A program made the translations under genes and the position numbers. The notes below the pieces were generated by a model. It had not been told where the DNA came from. It worked only from the letters and a program-made list of their open reading frames with translations, and did no database searches. From Takakia lepidozioides (taxonomy: Eukaryota > Plantae > Bryophyta), in assembly GCA_030704615.1 (NCBI GenBank), contig CM060734.1, forward strand, positions 7,502,001-7,566,000: DNA of 64,000 bases. The letters are read 5' to 3'. This document shows positions 37,493-50,716 of this stretch, one piece after another (the first letter of the stretch is position 1; each line of letters begins with the position of its first letter).

Positions 37493-37802
37493 TTTATGGC
37501 TTCAGCTTATGCGCATACAGCTTATGGGACAGGAATGGACCAGGCTTCAAGATTCAAATGTTCCCTCCAGATATTTTGTAAATGAGAGAGGGGGTTGGCA
37601 CCTGCTACATGTAATTCGCTACTGTTTTGGTTGAAGATAGTACAGCGGAGTGACAGTGTTATATATTGTCATATTTGCAGGGGAAAGAGCATTATTCATG
37701 GAAAGTCACAGGCGGTGCTTTGGTTGGATTGATGATTGGTTTGGTCTCACATTGGATGATGTGCGGCGATTAGAACTTGAAATTGATGCTACTTTAAATC
37801 AG
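36745..37802 (+). pseudogene. Phosphatidylinositol transfer protein (PITP) C-terminal exons, frameshifted
   Basis: DTCSPIMTAYKLVTVDAPYWGFG/RLEQAVLG (36745-36839) and GERALFMESHRRCFGWIDDWFGLTLDDVRRLE (37680-37802), both bounded by AG/GT. Confidence 0.8.
37456..37489. repeat. (GA)n microsatellite in an intron
   Basis: Direct read. Confidence 0.95.
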
Positions 37803-39256
37803 GTTTGTCTCCACCTATTCTGCCATCCTTAAGTGATAAGTGCTGTTTTGAGCTGTTTGGTAATTTCTGTATCCTGTGAATTGTAGGCAAACTAGTGTGG
37901 TGGAGTGGTGATAGGGTGAGAGGTAGACAACAGGAAGGAGGATTAGCACATGGAGGACCCACAGAAGAACAAAGTGCAGAAAGAGTATAATGTATGTAGA
38001 AAGCATTCATTGGTTTGGTTCTGTTTTTGAAGAGTGGTCAGAGGGCATCTGCATCAATTTTCTCGACCAGCATTGATTAATGATTGACAACACCTGCTTT
38101 GATGCTTGTGTTGTTCCTCGTTCCTGTAAACCCCTGGTCTGAAAGTTGCTGACTTTGTTGGATCTCAACGCAATTACTAGGTCAACCACCAAGTTTATTT
38201 CATGGGCAAAACAAGTGCTCTATTCATGAGGAATTGTTCGCTTGAGAGAGTACCTCCCTTTGAGGTCTCTATGCAAGAATATTGTGTGGTCTGCTCTGAT
38301 TTAGGAGAAATTGTCATTCAAGAGAGAGCTAGTGAAATCCATGTATAGCTCTTTCAAGTAGAGGATTTTCACATTACAGATGGAGTCTGCTGGAACCATT
38401 CTGACACACAGTCACTAATCTGGCATGTATCAGTGTAGACTGCTTTTATTGAGTGGCTTTTGAGATTTTTCGTTGAGAGTTTACGTAACAGGGTGCAAAC
38501 TTACTCTTTGAGCAAGCACACTCCATCTGCACCAGAGACTGACATCTCAAGTAACGCAACTACTCCAACTGCAGAAACAAGTGTGTCTGGATTAGATGGT
38601 TCGTGTTTCATAGAGACTGGGAGCATAGACAAGCAAGAAGAAGATTCGAAAATACAGGTAAAATAATCGTGTAGCAACTCGTCAATGCTGTGATTCTAGT
38701 CTGTTCTGCATTGTGCTTTCAGATACATCCATACCAGGTGCTTGAATGAAAGCCTCTTTCATGACCGTGCTCATCAACTTATAAATGCTTGGGACAGTGC
38801 TAGGCAGAGCACATTCACTGGCCTATGCCTGTGAGCATTTCTGTAGTGACACCTCAAATGATTGTGCAATAGCTAGCTCTCATCTTTGCAGCTGTGGTGC
38901 ATTCACTATTGAAGTTCCTCTATTGCAGCTAAAGAACGTGCATTTGCATTTGGTCAACATTTACTTACAGATCTCAGTGGGGTATCACTGCAGACGGATA
39001 CGGACTATTGGTTGTTGTCCGATGCAGGCGTTGCCATCACCAATACGTGGAGAAGTGATCGTATTCAAAGATTTTTAGCCCAGTAGGTTTCATTAACGTC
39101 AGTTTCAGGGAAACAGTTTCTGAAGTACATACATGTAGGGTTCAAAGGGTGTATACTTGGTCTTCATGGCCGATAAATGTTGTATTGCAAGTAAAACTCA
39201 AGTACTTAAGTACTCAAGCTTGAGTACTCAAACTTGAGTTTACTCAAGAAAAATTG

Positions 39257-41630
39257 AGTAAAATTGTAACTCTTTCAAGCCTACTACCACCATGTTGAAT
39301 GTCTGCTGTAGAAACTGCTTGAAAGAATTACAATTTACCCGAGAAATTGTTTTAATATTAAATGAACATTAGGGTGAAAAAAGTCTTGACATTTATTTAT
39401 GTCATACGAGGGATGACACACATTTCACACGTCTTAAATTGGAGCGATTATATGATGTGAGGAGTGTCAAAATGATGTGCAGGTGATGTGCACTAATATG
39501 ACATGTAATTTGTCATTTATTCGAGTAGATTTAGTTACAAATTTCACACGAAAATTGCATTCAACCTTCGTATAAGTATCGTACGAGGCCAATGTACACG
39601 GATTTCACACGTTACCGACGTTGAAATCGGACACATCACATTCGCGCATTAAGCACACGGAAATAGGGTTTGTCAATAAGTTGCGGAATCCGTGCGATTA
39701 AGGTGCGAACCCTTGAAAATCCGGATTTCGCACAGTAAAGATCAAAAATCCGTGGCTCGGGATCTTTGAGATGTTGACGTGAATCCACTTTGGATAATGT
39801 GAGTGTGCACCTGCTTTCCAGCTTCCTGACCTTCCATCTTGATGCACTTAAGCAAGAGACAGACATACATATCTGAATCTGCTGAAATGCCTCCTTGGTT
39901 TAGAGTTTGTAGAGCCTCTGTCAGGCTGTCTGCCGCACAAAGTATCTTCACATGCCCAGAAGTGCCAGAAGAGGCATTGTGGACTCCCTCTCTTGATCCT
40001 CTTTCAGAAGCTGTGGTCATGGGTGAGGTGCCTAATTTTATCAATTGTGCCGCTGCAGCTGCTGCCTTTAGTTGACCATCTACCCATGAGGTTTCTTGTA
40101 GCTACTAACCCACATGGAATCAAGGTAATCTGGAGCTTGAAGTCCAGCCCGCTTGGGTGAATCTGGACCCACACTCTATCCCTGCTGGCAGAAACAAGAA
40201 GAAGACAAAGACAGGGAAAAACAGGGAAACACTCTGATAACAGGGAAAAACAGGCTGAAATGTGTTGAAGAAGGTACCTTCATTAGCAGCGTTTTGTTCT
40301 ATCAATTGCACTGCCGCCGCTGCCGTTTCTAGTTGACCATCTACCCGCACGGAGTAGCTATTGATCCATAGGGAAACAGAAGTAATCTTGTGTTTGAAAT
40401 CCGGCCCTCTTGGATGAATCTGGACCTCTATCCCTGGTCCTCAGCTATCCCTACATGTGTACAAATCATGAATACATCCTCAACCTTGCTGCTAGCAGCT
40501 GACACTGATGGCATGAAGTTCTTCCAGCAAACACCCTAAACCCTAATGATGAGAAGGCAAAACAGACTAAAATAGGTTGAAGAAGAAGGTACAGGGAGCA
40601 CAAAATCACTCTAAAACGACCATAGATCCACCAACGAGCTAACTTGCAGAATTCAACATGAAAAATTAGGGACGACTCTACTAACAAGGAAAACAGGCTG
40701 AAATGCATTGAAGAAGGTACCTTCATTAGCAGTGCCTTGTTCTATCAATGCGCTGCTGCCGCTGCTGTTTCCAGTTGACCATCTACCCACGCATGGCGAG
40801 ATTGAGCAGGCAGAGATTGAAACATGGCCTGCTAAGACCAAGCTGACGCGGAAGGGCGCGGGAGAGGAGGGGAGAGGAGAGGAGAGGAGGGAAAAGAGAG
40901 CAGACAGATCGCGGGGATTAAAGGAATAAAAGAAAAGCAAAAAAACGATGCATCGCGATTTGATCCCGCGGTGCATCTCGGCATAATCTACGTCCTTACC
41001 ACTAGACTACATCTCAAAGATCCCGGGCCACTGATTTTTAACAATTTACGTATGAGATCCGTTTTTTCAAGGGTGCATATAACTTTCGCACGCATTTCGT
41101 ATTTCATCATCATACACCACATATGTACTAATTTGATATCATATGCGAACAACCGGATATGATGTTAAGTCCATACGATTGAACTACATGATGAAATAAT
41201 GCGAACTTGTCACACATTCCGTCGTCAAGTGTCGTGTTATAATTATCTTAGAAACGACACTCACAAAAAACGTTTGTCGTATAACAACATCTTGCAAGGT
41301 TTTGACACCACATCTATGCAGATTCTACACCAACCAAAATATAGTACAACTTTAGCGCGACATCAATAATCACCATAAAATAGTACGAAATTTTCATGCA
41401 TATAGTCATCAAGTTTCGTACTATAATTGTCTCAAAAGCGACACTAACAAAAAGCGTTAGTTATATTGCAACATCTTACAAAGTTTTAACACCACATCAG
41501 TGCAATTTCTACATGGACCAAAATCTAGTGCAACTTTAGTACTGACACCCTTAATCACCATAAATAGCACATGTTCAGTATTATATAGTAGTCATAACAT
41601 GATCTTGTAAAGGCAAAGGTAGTCATTTTC
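39257..41630. mobile_element. Foldback/Pack-MULE-like structure: diverged long inverted arms flanking captured gene pieces
   Basis: ~39680-39780 is an inverted match to ~41005-41100 (GGGATCTTTGAGATGT / ACATCTCAAAGATCCC). The interior has a PPR N-terminal fragment (39790-39960, minus) and three copies of a ~50-bp block (40040, 40297, 40740). A ~186-bp duplication lies at 41235-41570. Outer limits and TSD not established. Confidence 0.5.
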
Positions 41631-43749
41631 AGAAAATATGGCATACAAACAGTTCCAATATAGTTAGTAGTCGACTCTCAATGCCATGACTAAATCAAAA
41701 TTGAGATGCTATGCTACTGCGAATAAAGGCCATTTGTAGTCTTGAATTCATAAGGAAAGCCATAGATGAAAGAGCATGTCTATTGTCAGGAGCACCATTG
41801 GTGTCAGACTCAGACCACTGGGCCTTTCAACTATACCCACAAAAGACTCTAGAACCCCTCAGCCAATTTACCTTAGATATGCCTCTGAACGTGTCTCTGA
41901 TCTATGGCTACCTTGCAAAATAGCTTCGGGCGCCAACTCCCTGCCCATTGCATACTAGATACAAGCTAAACTACAGACAAAACAACTTATTTGGCAACGA
42001 GATCAACAGTATAAGGCAGCTTGGATCTAATTGGTCCTACAAATGAAATGACACTTACTCATCTTTTTAAAGCCAAGATCATGGGGAATAATGGTGTAGA
42101 ATTCACTGCAAACCAACCAACCCAGCGATCAACAGATGAACGTTAATGGTATCTATCGCCCTGCTCTGTTGCAACACATTCCGACATACCCTTCTTTTGG
42201 AAGCTTGTCTCACAACCAAGTGGGAGATCCAAGAAGGAAATTGTTCCCTAAACATACTGGCACTTTAAATGACAGCGGTCAGACCAATCAATCTTGTAAA
42301 TGTCAACCTCAATGTAAGGTTGACACTACAAAACCACTGGTGCCAAAAAAGGAAAAAGAAGTAAAGGAGTCTTCAGGCACCTGCTCAATGTTTCAAGAGG
42401 TTCTCGATTTGAGTTCTCCAACGCAGCAGCGATGCTCTTTAATACTTCAAAGCCCTAGTCAATGCATATGGCAAACAGAGTCCAAAATATTATCTTTCAG
42501 TTCAGCCTTACCTTATTGGCCAAAAATTGCTTGCTAACAACTCAAATCACAATGGAAATTCACAAATGACATGCAAGGGAGGATTCAATGGTCTATATAT
42601 TCCCTTGTATCGTGTTCATAGACCCAGTGCCCAGTCCTAGTGGAAGGGAAAACGGGCGATGTTAAGGGAGAAAATGGGGCTCGGCAGGATTTGTTCTTCT
42701 CTAAGAGGTTCTCTTCACATATTCCAGGGCTTGGAAATTTCAGTATCCTGTTACGGACACACCCTGGTCTGTTTGACAAGTCGGTACCTGAGACAGAGCA
42801 ATGGTTGATTTTGAGAGTCAGAATTCAAAATTTGTTCATTTTGTCCCTTGGCAACAAAAGCCAACTTAGTGCATGCTAGGAAAACGTTGCAGATTATGCA
42901 CCTTCAAGATAGTTGACTTGCTGAGTTTCCCCAGAGGCATTTTCTTTGCATCATAACCTGTCAAAAGCAAATAATCCGAAGGTAAGAAGATCATATGATT
43001 TGTATATTGTGTTCAGGGGGACTTTCATATGCAAACCTTCAGGAACCATAAGTGCAACCTGTTCGAGCTTTGAAGGATTCCAAGCCCGGTGAACAACATG
43101 TCACGACCAGCAACACCAACACAGCTAAGAAAATAGACAACATGAAACCAGAACTTCACCTATCTCAATCATCTGTTGCTTCATCATATTCATGTCACAA
43201 ATAAGAGAAATGAACTCCTGCACGAGTCGATCCAGTTTGCTTTGCGGAGGTGGACCACTGCTCACTGCAGCATCTTTCTTCTTCCCCTTTTCTTGTCAGA
43301 AACAGGAGGGGGCAGCAAAATACAAACCCATCAGATTTGTTAAGCAGCCAACTATTCATTCTATCATCTCTCTCTCTCGGTCTGTGACGCATCCCTCCCT
43401 CGCCTGATAATATTTGGAAGCGTGCACTATCTCGTACATTGAAGGTCAAATTGAAACAAATTCAAGAGAAACGCATGGGGCAGCTTTCTTGTTTCAGGAT
43501 TCCTATCATGACATTAGAATTCTCCACTACCGTACAGATCAACGAGGTCAAGTACTCAAAAACTGACTGTAAAGATATGCCAAAAAAATGAGAAACACTC
43601 CAGTGATGGTGCAACTATCCATAGCACTAAAATTAACAAAATCAGTAATAAGCAATGTTCACAAAGATTATCGCACTATGTGCTTGCGCAGATAGAGGTA
43701 TTGTGATCCCTCCAGATCACTGAACAACAAGAGCAGATAAAGGAAATTA

Positions 43750-43968
43750 CCTCTGAAAGACCAACTGACAAGTTATTGGAGATGAACCGGCCAGGCAAGC
43801 TCCCTGTAGGTTGATGTGCTCCACTTGAAGGCCCCCCTCCCAACCCTGGGTTCCGTGAGGATAATGAATTTGGCATTGTCCGCATGTTGTAACTTGCTGG
43901 GGCATCGTGCAATCCCTGAAGGCTCCCCAGCTAACTTGCCTTGAAGGAGTCCACAATCCTCCAGTGAA
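43750..43968 (-). pseudogene. NOT2 (CCR4-NOT subunit 2)-like single exon
   Basis: ASYNMRTMPNSLSSRNPGLGGGPSSGAHQPTGSLPGRFISNNLSVGLSE, ending at a GT donor. Confidence 0.65.
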
Positions 43969-44099
43969 ATCTGCACATAGTGTCCACATCTTGATAGAAA
44001 CCATTATTATGGAGTATTGACAAGTCTTAACAAGTATTGACAAGTTCCTCGGGAAGAAGTTGCTGGCTCCTTCTGGCAGGAATGGACACTCCTTTACTG

Positions 44100-44225
44100 A
44101 GAGGGCGAAGTACCTGGTGAACGAGAAAGCGCTGCTCAACTTATGCACAAAGGCTGAGGGGAGTGGTTGTCTCTTTGAATTCCAGAATTTTCAGGAGAGG
44201 GATACATGCCGTGACATTGTTGCTT
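44100..44225 (+). pseudogene. Possible TFIIH p62/TFB1 PH-domain fragment
   Basis: KALLNL...GCLFEFQNFQERDTCRDIV resembles the end of the TFB1 PH domain. Confidence 0.35.
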
Positions 44226-46779
44226 GGCCGCTTTATCCAAGCAGCGGCCTTCAGGATCACAAAGCTAATCAATGACACGGTTGCTTGTAGATATGCCATT
44301 TTGCAGAGTTCAGAATCCTGAAAGCCAGAAGTGATTGAGGTTCTAGTCATCTCAGTCCACCCACACACCACACCCCTCCTCTAGCTCTCTGTCTGTGTAT
44401 TTTTAAAAGCCGTCGATGCAAATTTGCAATCAATGCTCACCTTTATACACTGTGATTGTCTGCCTCTGTTGAACAATGACTACCTCTTATGCAGAGTTTC
44501 CTAGAGGACTTCTAAAAGATGATGTCATAGCCTCCATTTTCTGATGAAGAGGTGCTAAATGCTTTTCAAGAATAAAAATTGTGTACTGGGTCTTTTTCAC
44601 CCAGTTCGAGAAGACATGTCCCATACTTCGAGGAGGTACCATTATGTCCATTCTTCTTTCCCTCATCACCCCCCATTTTCCCTCATCCCCTTTCCTGCTC
44701 CCGGGGGAAGAGTGAGTATGCCAGTCTGATGATTACCTTTTCCTGTAAGCCAGTGTCTGTGATAAGTTTTGAAAGATATCAAAAGAACAATTACAAAGGT
44801 GGGCTCATGCACTTAGAGGTATCAGAGTACTGGATGCTACATGTTGTTCCTTGTCTTTTCCCTCCCTCATCTTATTACATGAAATTTTTTACCTTTGTTG
44901 CAAATAAATTTTCACTTGTGATATTGACACACTTCCTTCATTACCGTGCACCCCCTTTGGCTGCAACTAGTGTCTCTTTCATCTAATGATGATGTCAGAG
45001 AAATAGCAGATAACCAAGCCTAGATGCTGTCAATAATCCTTACTCCTCCTACAATTCTTCCAGATAAAAAGGGAAGCTACCCAAGACATACATAATAACA
45101 AGAAAAAGTGGGGTCTAGGTAGACAACCTTGAGCTGTCTTTGAAATTTCTCTACAGCCTGTAGGGCCTCTGTGAACTTGTACTCAAGCTGAATACACCTC
45201 TCTGCTTCCAGCTCTGCCCTCTCCTCACTCTGATTTGGAACATGGTAGGGACTTGGTCAAAATCTTTCTCAAATCTCCTGGTTAAGAGAAGTTAGATAGT
45301 GGCTCAAAGCACAGATACTGCATGAATCAAAACAATGTGTTGAAGAAGAACCTGTTGCAGCTGGGCCTTCAGCTCAGATACAAATTTCAGGTGGTGTGCC
45401 TGTTCCAATTTCAGGGCATCTACCTCAAGTGCTTTTCCCTGAAAGGAAAGCAGCCACGACTTTTCATGTCCATGTCAACCCTTCATATCACCAGTTCAAG
45501 TGTCTTTAGTCCATCAACCATACCCACACACGACTTTTCAAGCACTCATTTGTGGTGAAGCCCTGTCACTATGTTACTGCATCCGTAAAAAATAGTCTCT
45601 CTACAAAGCTTCAAATGGCATGATAAGAACCAAGTGACAGAAAATATGGCTCCATGTTCTAGAACTGCTGGACCTGTCACTTGCATGAAAGAACTGTCTT
45701 CATAATGAGAGAGAAGCAAAGGGTATATCGGCACCCTGTTTGTCTTCAGCTCCTTCTGTTGCTGACTGCACTCTGCCTTCCTCTCACCCACCACAAACTG
45801 CAGTTCATCAAGTTGCCTGAAAGAAACATACAGCAGTATGAACTATTAGAGTTACTTGATCTGCTATCTATTTGCCGGAGACTTGCCAATATGAGAACTA
45901 AAGTTACTTGTTGTACTTGATATGAGTTTGGGCACCTTGATATACCAGATACTACGAGAGGAAAATGCAAGCTTTGGCCATGAAGGGGGTCCAGTCCGAA
46001 CCCTGATCAAAACCTTTGGAGGTTAATTAGTCCAAGGGTGTAATTTATTGCCAATGGTGTCTACATTCAGTAGGCCATTTCTATTGAATGAAAAGACACA
46101 ACATAATAGGCCATCCACGATGGCAGTATAGGCAGAATGTCCATTAATTTGTGCTACATGTCATCCTTAATTATCAGATAATATTGTTTCAGAGAAGCTT
46201 GTTGAACTACTGTCAAATGAGTAAAAAGATCACTTTCATCAAAAGCGTGCAGATTTATTGGTTCTTGGTGATGACAATGTTGGAGGATGGCGATGCACAA
46301 ATGGGTGAAACAGCAGTCAACCAACTTGAATTAACTAGGAACTTAGTCAATTACCTCGCCATTCTTGCATTGGACTCTAGACATGTACTCAATTTCCTCC
46401 GGCATTCCTCAGTTTCTCTCTGGTATTTGTCAGCCTGCATTCAGTACAGTCCACACATACAACAAAACTTTTGAAGTGTTCAAGAAAATATGCATGTTGT
46501 ACAAGCATTCTGTGGTTGCACGCAGAGCCAGATATTGGTAAAATACCTGTCGTGCACTTTCCTTCGACAGCATACCTGAATGTGAACCAACTTGATCTCT
46601 TGTTTTTCAGAAGTGAGTTCAGGCGCTAATTCCTCCCTCTGCTGAGGAAGACATGAGTCTCATCAGTCCCACAGCAAAGATGTTATAGTAAGAACCCACA
46701 TTAAATGAGGTGGACAATCAACCTCACAGTCCTTGAAATTCATGAAAGGAGTGGCCAATGACAGGCCCACAACAACAGA

Positions 46780-46950
46780 AGAAATGAAATGATACTTTAT
46801 AACGTTCACAAAAACTCAAAGAGCTCTTTGAGAAATGGTACTTTACTATACAAGAGAAAGCATGGAACAAGAAAGAGAAATAATGAAATGAAGGGGTAAG
46901 GGAAATGAAATGAAATGGTACTTTATAACCTCCGCGGCAAGCTCAAAGAG
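46780..46950 (-). mobile_element. Very short copies of the same LINE 3' end in inverted orientation
   Basis: GAAATGAAATG(A/G)TACTTTATAAC...CTCAAAGAG at ~46781-46825 and ~46902-46950 is the reverse complement of ~47760-47808. Confidence 0.75.
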
Positions 46951-47289
46951 GAGAAGAAAACCTGCAGACTGGTAAGGGAATTCAGTGAGAGCCTGCCACC
47001 ACTTCCAGCAACTGTAGGCATCCATCATGGTCACAAGGTTGTTAGTTGGGTAAAATAGATGATTCTTTCTGAAAATCCATTTATTTCCATTGTGTCCTTT
47101 CCCTTCCCTCTACCATTGGTGGGCTAAACCCCCACACAGCTTCGGAAGGGTCACTATCCCATGGGTGTATGCCATTCATTAAGGGTATGTTGTACCCAAA
47201 TTGCAGTCATTGAGGTGTGTCTCTCTTCTCTTTCCTTAAAGTACTGGTTGGGTTTTGCTCAAGAAAAACCCAGTAACCACTTCAAAATT

Positions 47290-47810
47290 CAGAAACCTCA
47301 ATCCTTCCTCTCAGTCTCTGAACTTCCTGTATCCGTACCCAGGCAAATGCCCTCAGCAGCTTACCTGCATGAGACAATCCATCTTCGTGAGCTTTGAGTT
47401 GTTCGTGATTTCTCTATTCCCACAATCTACGGATAGAGACTGGCAGATGGGAAAACCTACAACGGGAGGACCGCCTATGCCCAGCTTGCACCGGGCACAA
47501 CCAGGAAATTGAAACTGAAGAACACTTCTTCTTTAATTGCTCTCTATATTACGAGATCCGTGGGAGATTCCACTGTCTATTCCGCGGAAGTCAATCTCTC
47601 ACTTAAGTCTTCCACTATGAGGATCACAAATGCTTGGCAGGTTACCTGCACGAGGCCTTCACCCTTAGACAATCCCTGGAGCAGTAGTTGCTTTTGGGCT
47701 GTTTTTTGGCTCTGCTTTTGTTTCCTCTCTCATGTTTTTTTTCCATTTTGTCCCATAAGCTCTTTGAGCTTTCCACGGACGTTATAAAGTACCATTTCAT
47801 TTCATTTCTA
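47290..47810 (+). mobile_element. 5'-truncated non-LTR retrotransposon (RTEX-like) 3' end
   Basis: A frame not in the ORF track reads SHNLRIETGRWENLQREDRLCPAC...IETEEHFFFNCSLYYEIR (CCHC finger). It is followed by a 3' UTR ending TTATAAAGTACC(ATTTC)n. Confidence 0.8.
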
Positions 47811-48194
47811 TTCTACAGTTTGTTCTTCCTAGTTGTTTCTTTCTGATGCAGAGAGGAAAGGAAGATTGCTAATGCCCAATATGCAGGAAGCCTGAAGACG
47901 ATGCAATGCCCTCTCATCAGAGACAGTCACTCTTCATGTACATCAAGAACATAGTCCCTGCACTTCTGTTAATCTTGAGGCTGAGCCTAAAGCCATGGCC
48001 CTGTGGGGTCTAACTGCTGAGTAGATCACACAGCAGATTGAGAAGGGCTTTCTAGAGGAAATCTGGAGAGCATGAACCAATTGTTTATGTCACGTTAAGT
48101 CTCACTACTGGAGTGAGCCCTTAACAAAGGTAGTGTCAGTTCCCTTTTGTTCCACCAAAACTGGGTGGCAAACAACATCTTAAGAGTACATTCT

Positions 48195-48900
48195 TCAGAG
48201 TTCTGATGTCCCTACTGTTTTTGCAGGGCCGTCTGGGCTCCTTACATCACTGGGTCCTATCGTACATTGGTGAATGTATGTGTCTCGTTTAGGATCACAA
48301 AACATCCTGTGAATGTACATGTAGTACAAATGTTTGCACGGCACATATTTCCCTCTCTTCCCTAGAGAACTCAAGATTGTGTTCTTGAAGTCTGGGCAAG
48401 TGCAATCTGGAAAAGTGGAAATAGTTACCTTGTACGCCCTGTCATGAAGAACAGATCCCGTTGTCACCATAGTATACACCCGCCCGTAGCCTGGAGGGGG
48501 GACATCGACCATCTGGGTCACCCAACACTGCAGGGTTTTGGCTGACTCAATCTTGCACTCATGCTACGCACCTGCCTCAAACCGTCGGACCGCTTTTCCA
48601 TTTCTTTTTGTAGGCCAATCGTTGCCATGTGGAGGGCGTGCAGGAATGGGGAAGGGAAAGCCCGTGAAGAATTTATCGTTATGACAGTTGGTCCTCTTGG
48701 GAGCTAAAACCTTGCATCCTCCATCATGTCAATTTCCTGTTTTGACAGTGAAGTCCCCATCTTCACTGGCCACACCAATGGAACTTGGGGTTTGCTTATC
48801 ACCGACTCACGGACAGTGCCCATCACGCAACGCTTCATGTCATCAGGACACAACCAAAACTTGTGAGGCCTGTCTTGTCTGCATGTTATAAAATTTGTAG
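48195..48900 (-). pseudogene. SWIM zinc-finger transposon-derived fragment
   Basis: YKVTISTFPDCTCPDF...VPCKHLYY (CxC...CxH), with upstream FWLCPDDMKRCV...WPVKMGTSLS. Confidence 0.7.
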
Positions 48901-49029
48901 AATACAATTTGAGCAATGCCCCTCACACAAATTGCAGCTCTATCCAGACACCCTGTCCTGCAGCCCAATTACTCATTTGCCCAATTACAAATGCTCTAAT
49001 GAGAAATCAGAACTCAGACAGTGGTCTAT

Positions 49030-50655
49030 TACATCATACATGATCCTGGAGCCTTGAAATCTCCTCAACCATAACTTCCCTCTCTCCGCCAGTGTAGAAG
49101 TTCTGGTACCTGTATTGCAAACAGTGCCCCAATATTTGTCTCATTCTTTTTGCTTTGCAGGATATGATCAGTTCTGCAACAACATTCACTCACCTTGAAG
49201 GCATCTAAGAAAAAGATCTCCATAATAATCACATGTACAAAATCATTGCTAATTGGGTGTCCACAAGTAGGCTAGCTTCCAATTATCCAAACTTGTCAGT
49301 GTGATATTGTTGGGGACCTGCGAAGTTCCTCTGACAGACGTATGTTTTCCATGGCAAACCGTGTCAGCTCAGGGTTGTGCTCTGTTCGCACTTGCACTAG
49401 CTGTAATTCCGCCTGTACAGTATTTTTTTCTTCCATAAGAAAAGTGTCTGCAGGCAGAAGACATTTCGAAAGCAACTCAAGTCTCTGGATTTTGTCTTCC
49501 CTGAAACGCAGCATCATCTTGCTGCACTGAGTATCATCTTCCCGCTGCTTCACCTGCACAGTAAGACTTAGAGCTTCATCCAAATTCAGCTTGACCCAAA
49601 ATGCTTCTCCTTTTTCACCCTCCACTTTGGTGTTTCCAACCTATGCCTTGCCTCCATGAAACACATTAAATTGTCCTTCTGGTCAAAAACATAGTAAAGG
49701 AATTTTGATGAAAAGAGGTGCAATAGAAGTGTCCAGGCCAAGCGAGCAGTCTGCTTCAAAGAAAGATCTACAGTATGACAAACCAAGACAGAAGCATGAG
49801 TCAGCTCGTGGAATTTGCTCGCGGGTGCCCGTTGGCTCTAGATCTAAGCATGACAGACTGTAATGAAGAGGATACCCACCAAGCAATTCAGTTGCTCAAT
49901 CTCAGCAGCCAAACGCTGTGTGGAAAGGTTGGCTGCCTGCTCTCTTCTGAGAGCTCCTGCCAACACAGCCTCCAATTTTTGTATCTGCTTGCATGTTCCA
50001 AGCAATCATTGGTCGTCAACGGCAGATAGGTACACAAGACACATGACTGAAATTTTCACTCAATTGATGCATATGTGCCAGCAACCATATTCACTACTTC
50101 AGACCTCAGGGACTTTTAGCTGAAATGTTTACCAGTGTTTCTAATGAGGATATGGAACATTATCACACTAAAGGAGATTAAAACTGCAGGAAAGTGGACA
50201 CACCTTATGAAAGATTTGGGAGATAGCAGGAGCCTTATTAAACTCCAGTAAGCCTGATGACTGGAATGCTGGTTGAAGCCCAGTAGCTGAAGTAGTCATA
50301 CCATAGCCATGCTCCCCTTCCGGTATGCTTTCATGCAAAATTCCCATTGTTCGCACTGATGGTATCCTTGATATGCTTTGTCTTCGAATACGAGCCAACT
50401 CCTCCTATCAATGTTGGGGAAAACATTGTCAGGAGAGGGTGTTCGTGCAGCAGAGAGGACCCAAGTGCAATGATACAAAAAGGGACCTGCGCAACGGGAT
50501 ATTTGGACTACAAGTGAAGAAATCCATAGAAAGAGGACGAGATGGAGGACCACACACAAATCAGTTAGTAATATTCTCCACACCTTCAACTGTTCAATTT
50601 GCTGACGCAAGCTACTAACATCTCCGGATGCGTCTTCATTGACAACAGCCTGTAC
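49030..50655 (-). pseudogene. Kinesin-12 (POK1/POK2-like) neck and coiled-coil exons; motor domain absent
   Basis: Five exons: AVVNEDASGDV..LRQQIEQLK; ELARIRRQ; LEAVLAGALRREQ...EIEQLN; VKQREDDTQCSKMMLRFREDKIQRLE...NPELTRFAMENIRL; NFYTGGEREVMVEEI. Confidence 0.8.
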
Positions 50656-50716
50656 ATAATCTACCTAGACTCACCATGGTAAAAACTAGAGCAACTTGTT
50701 CAACTGCAATACACGA

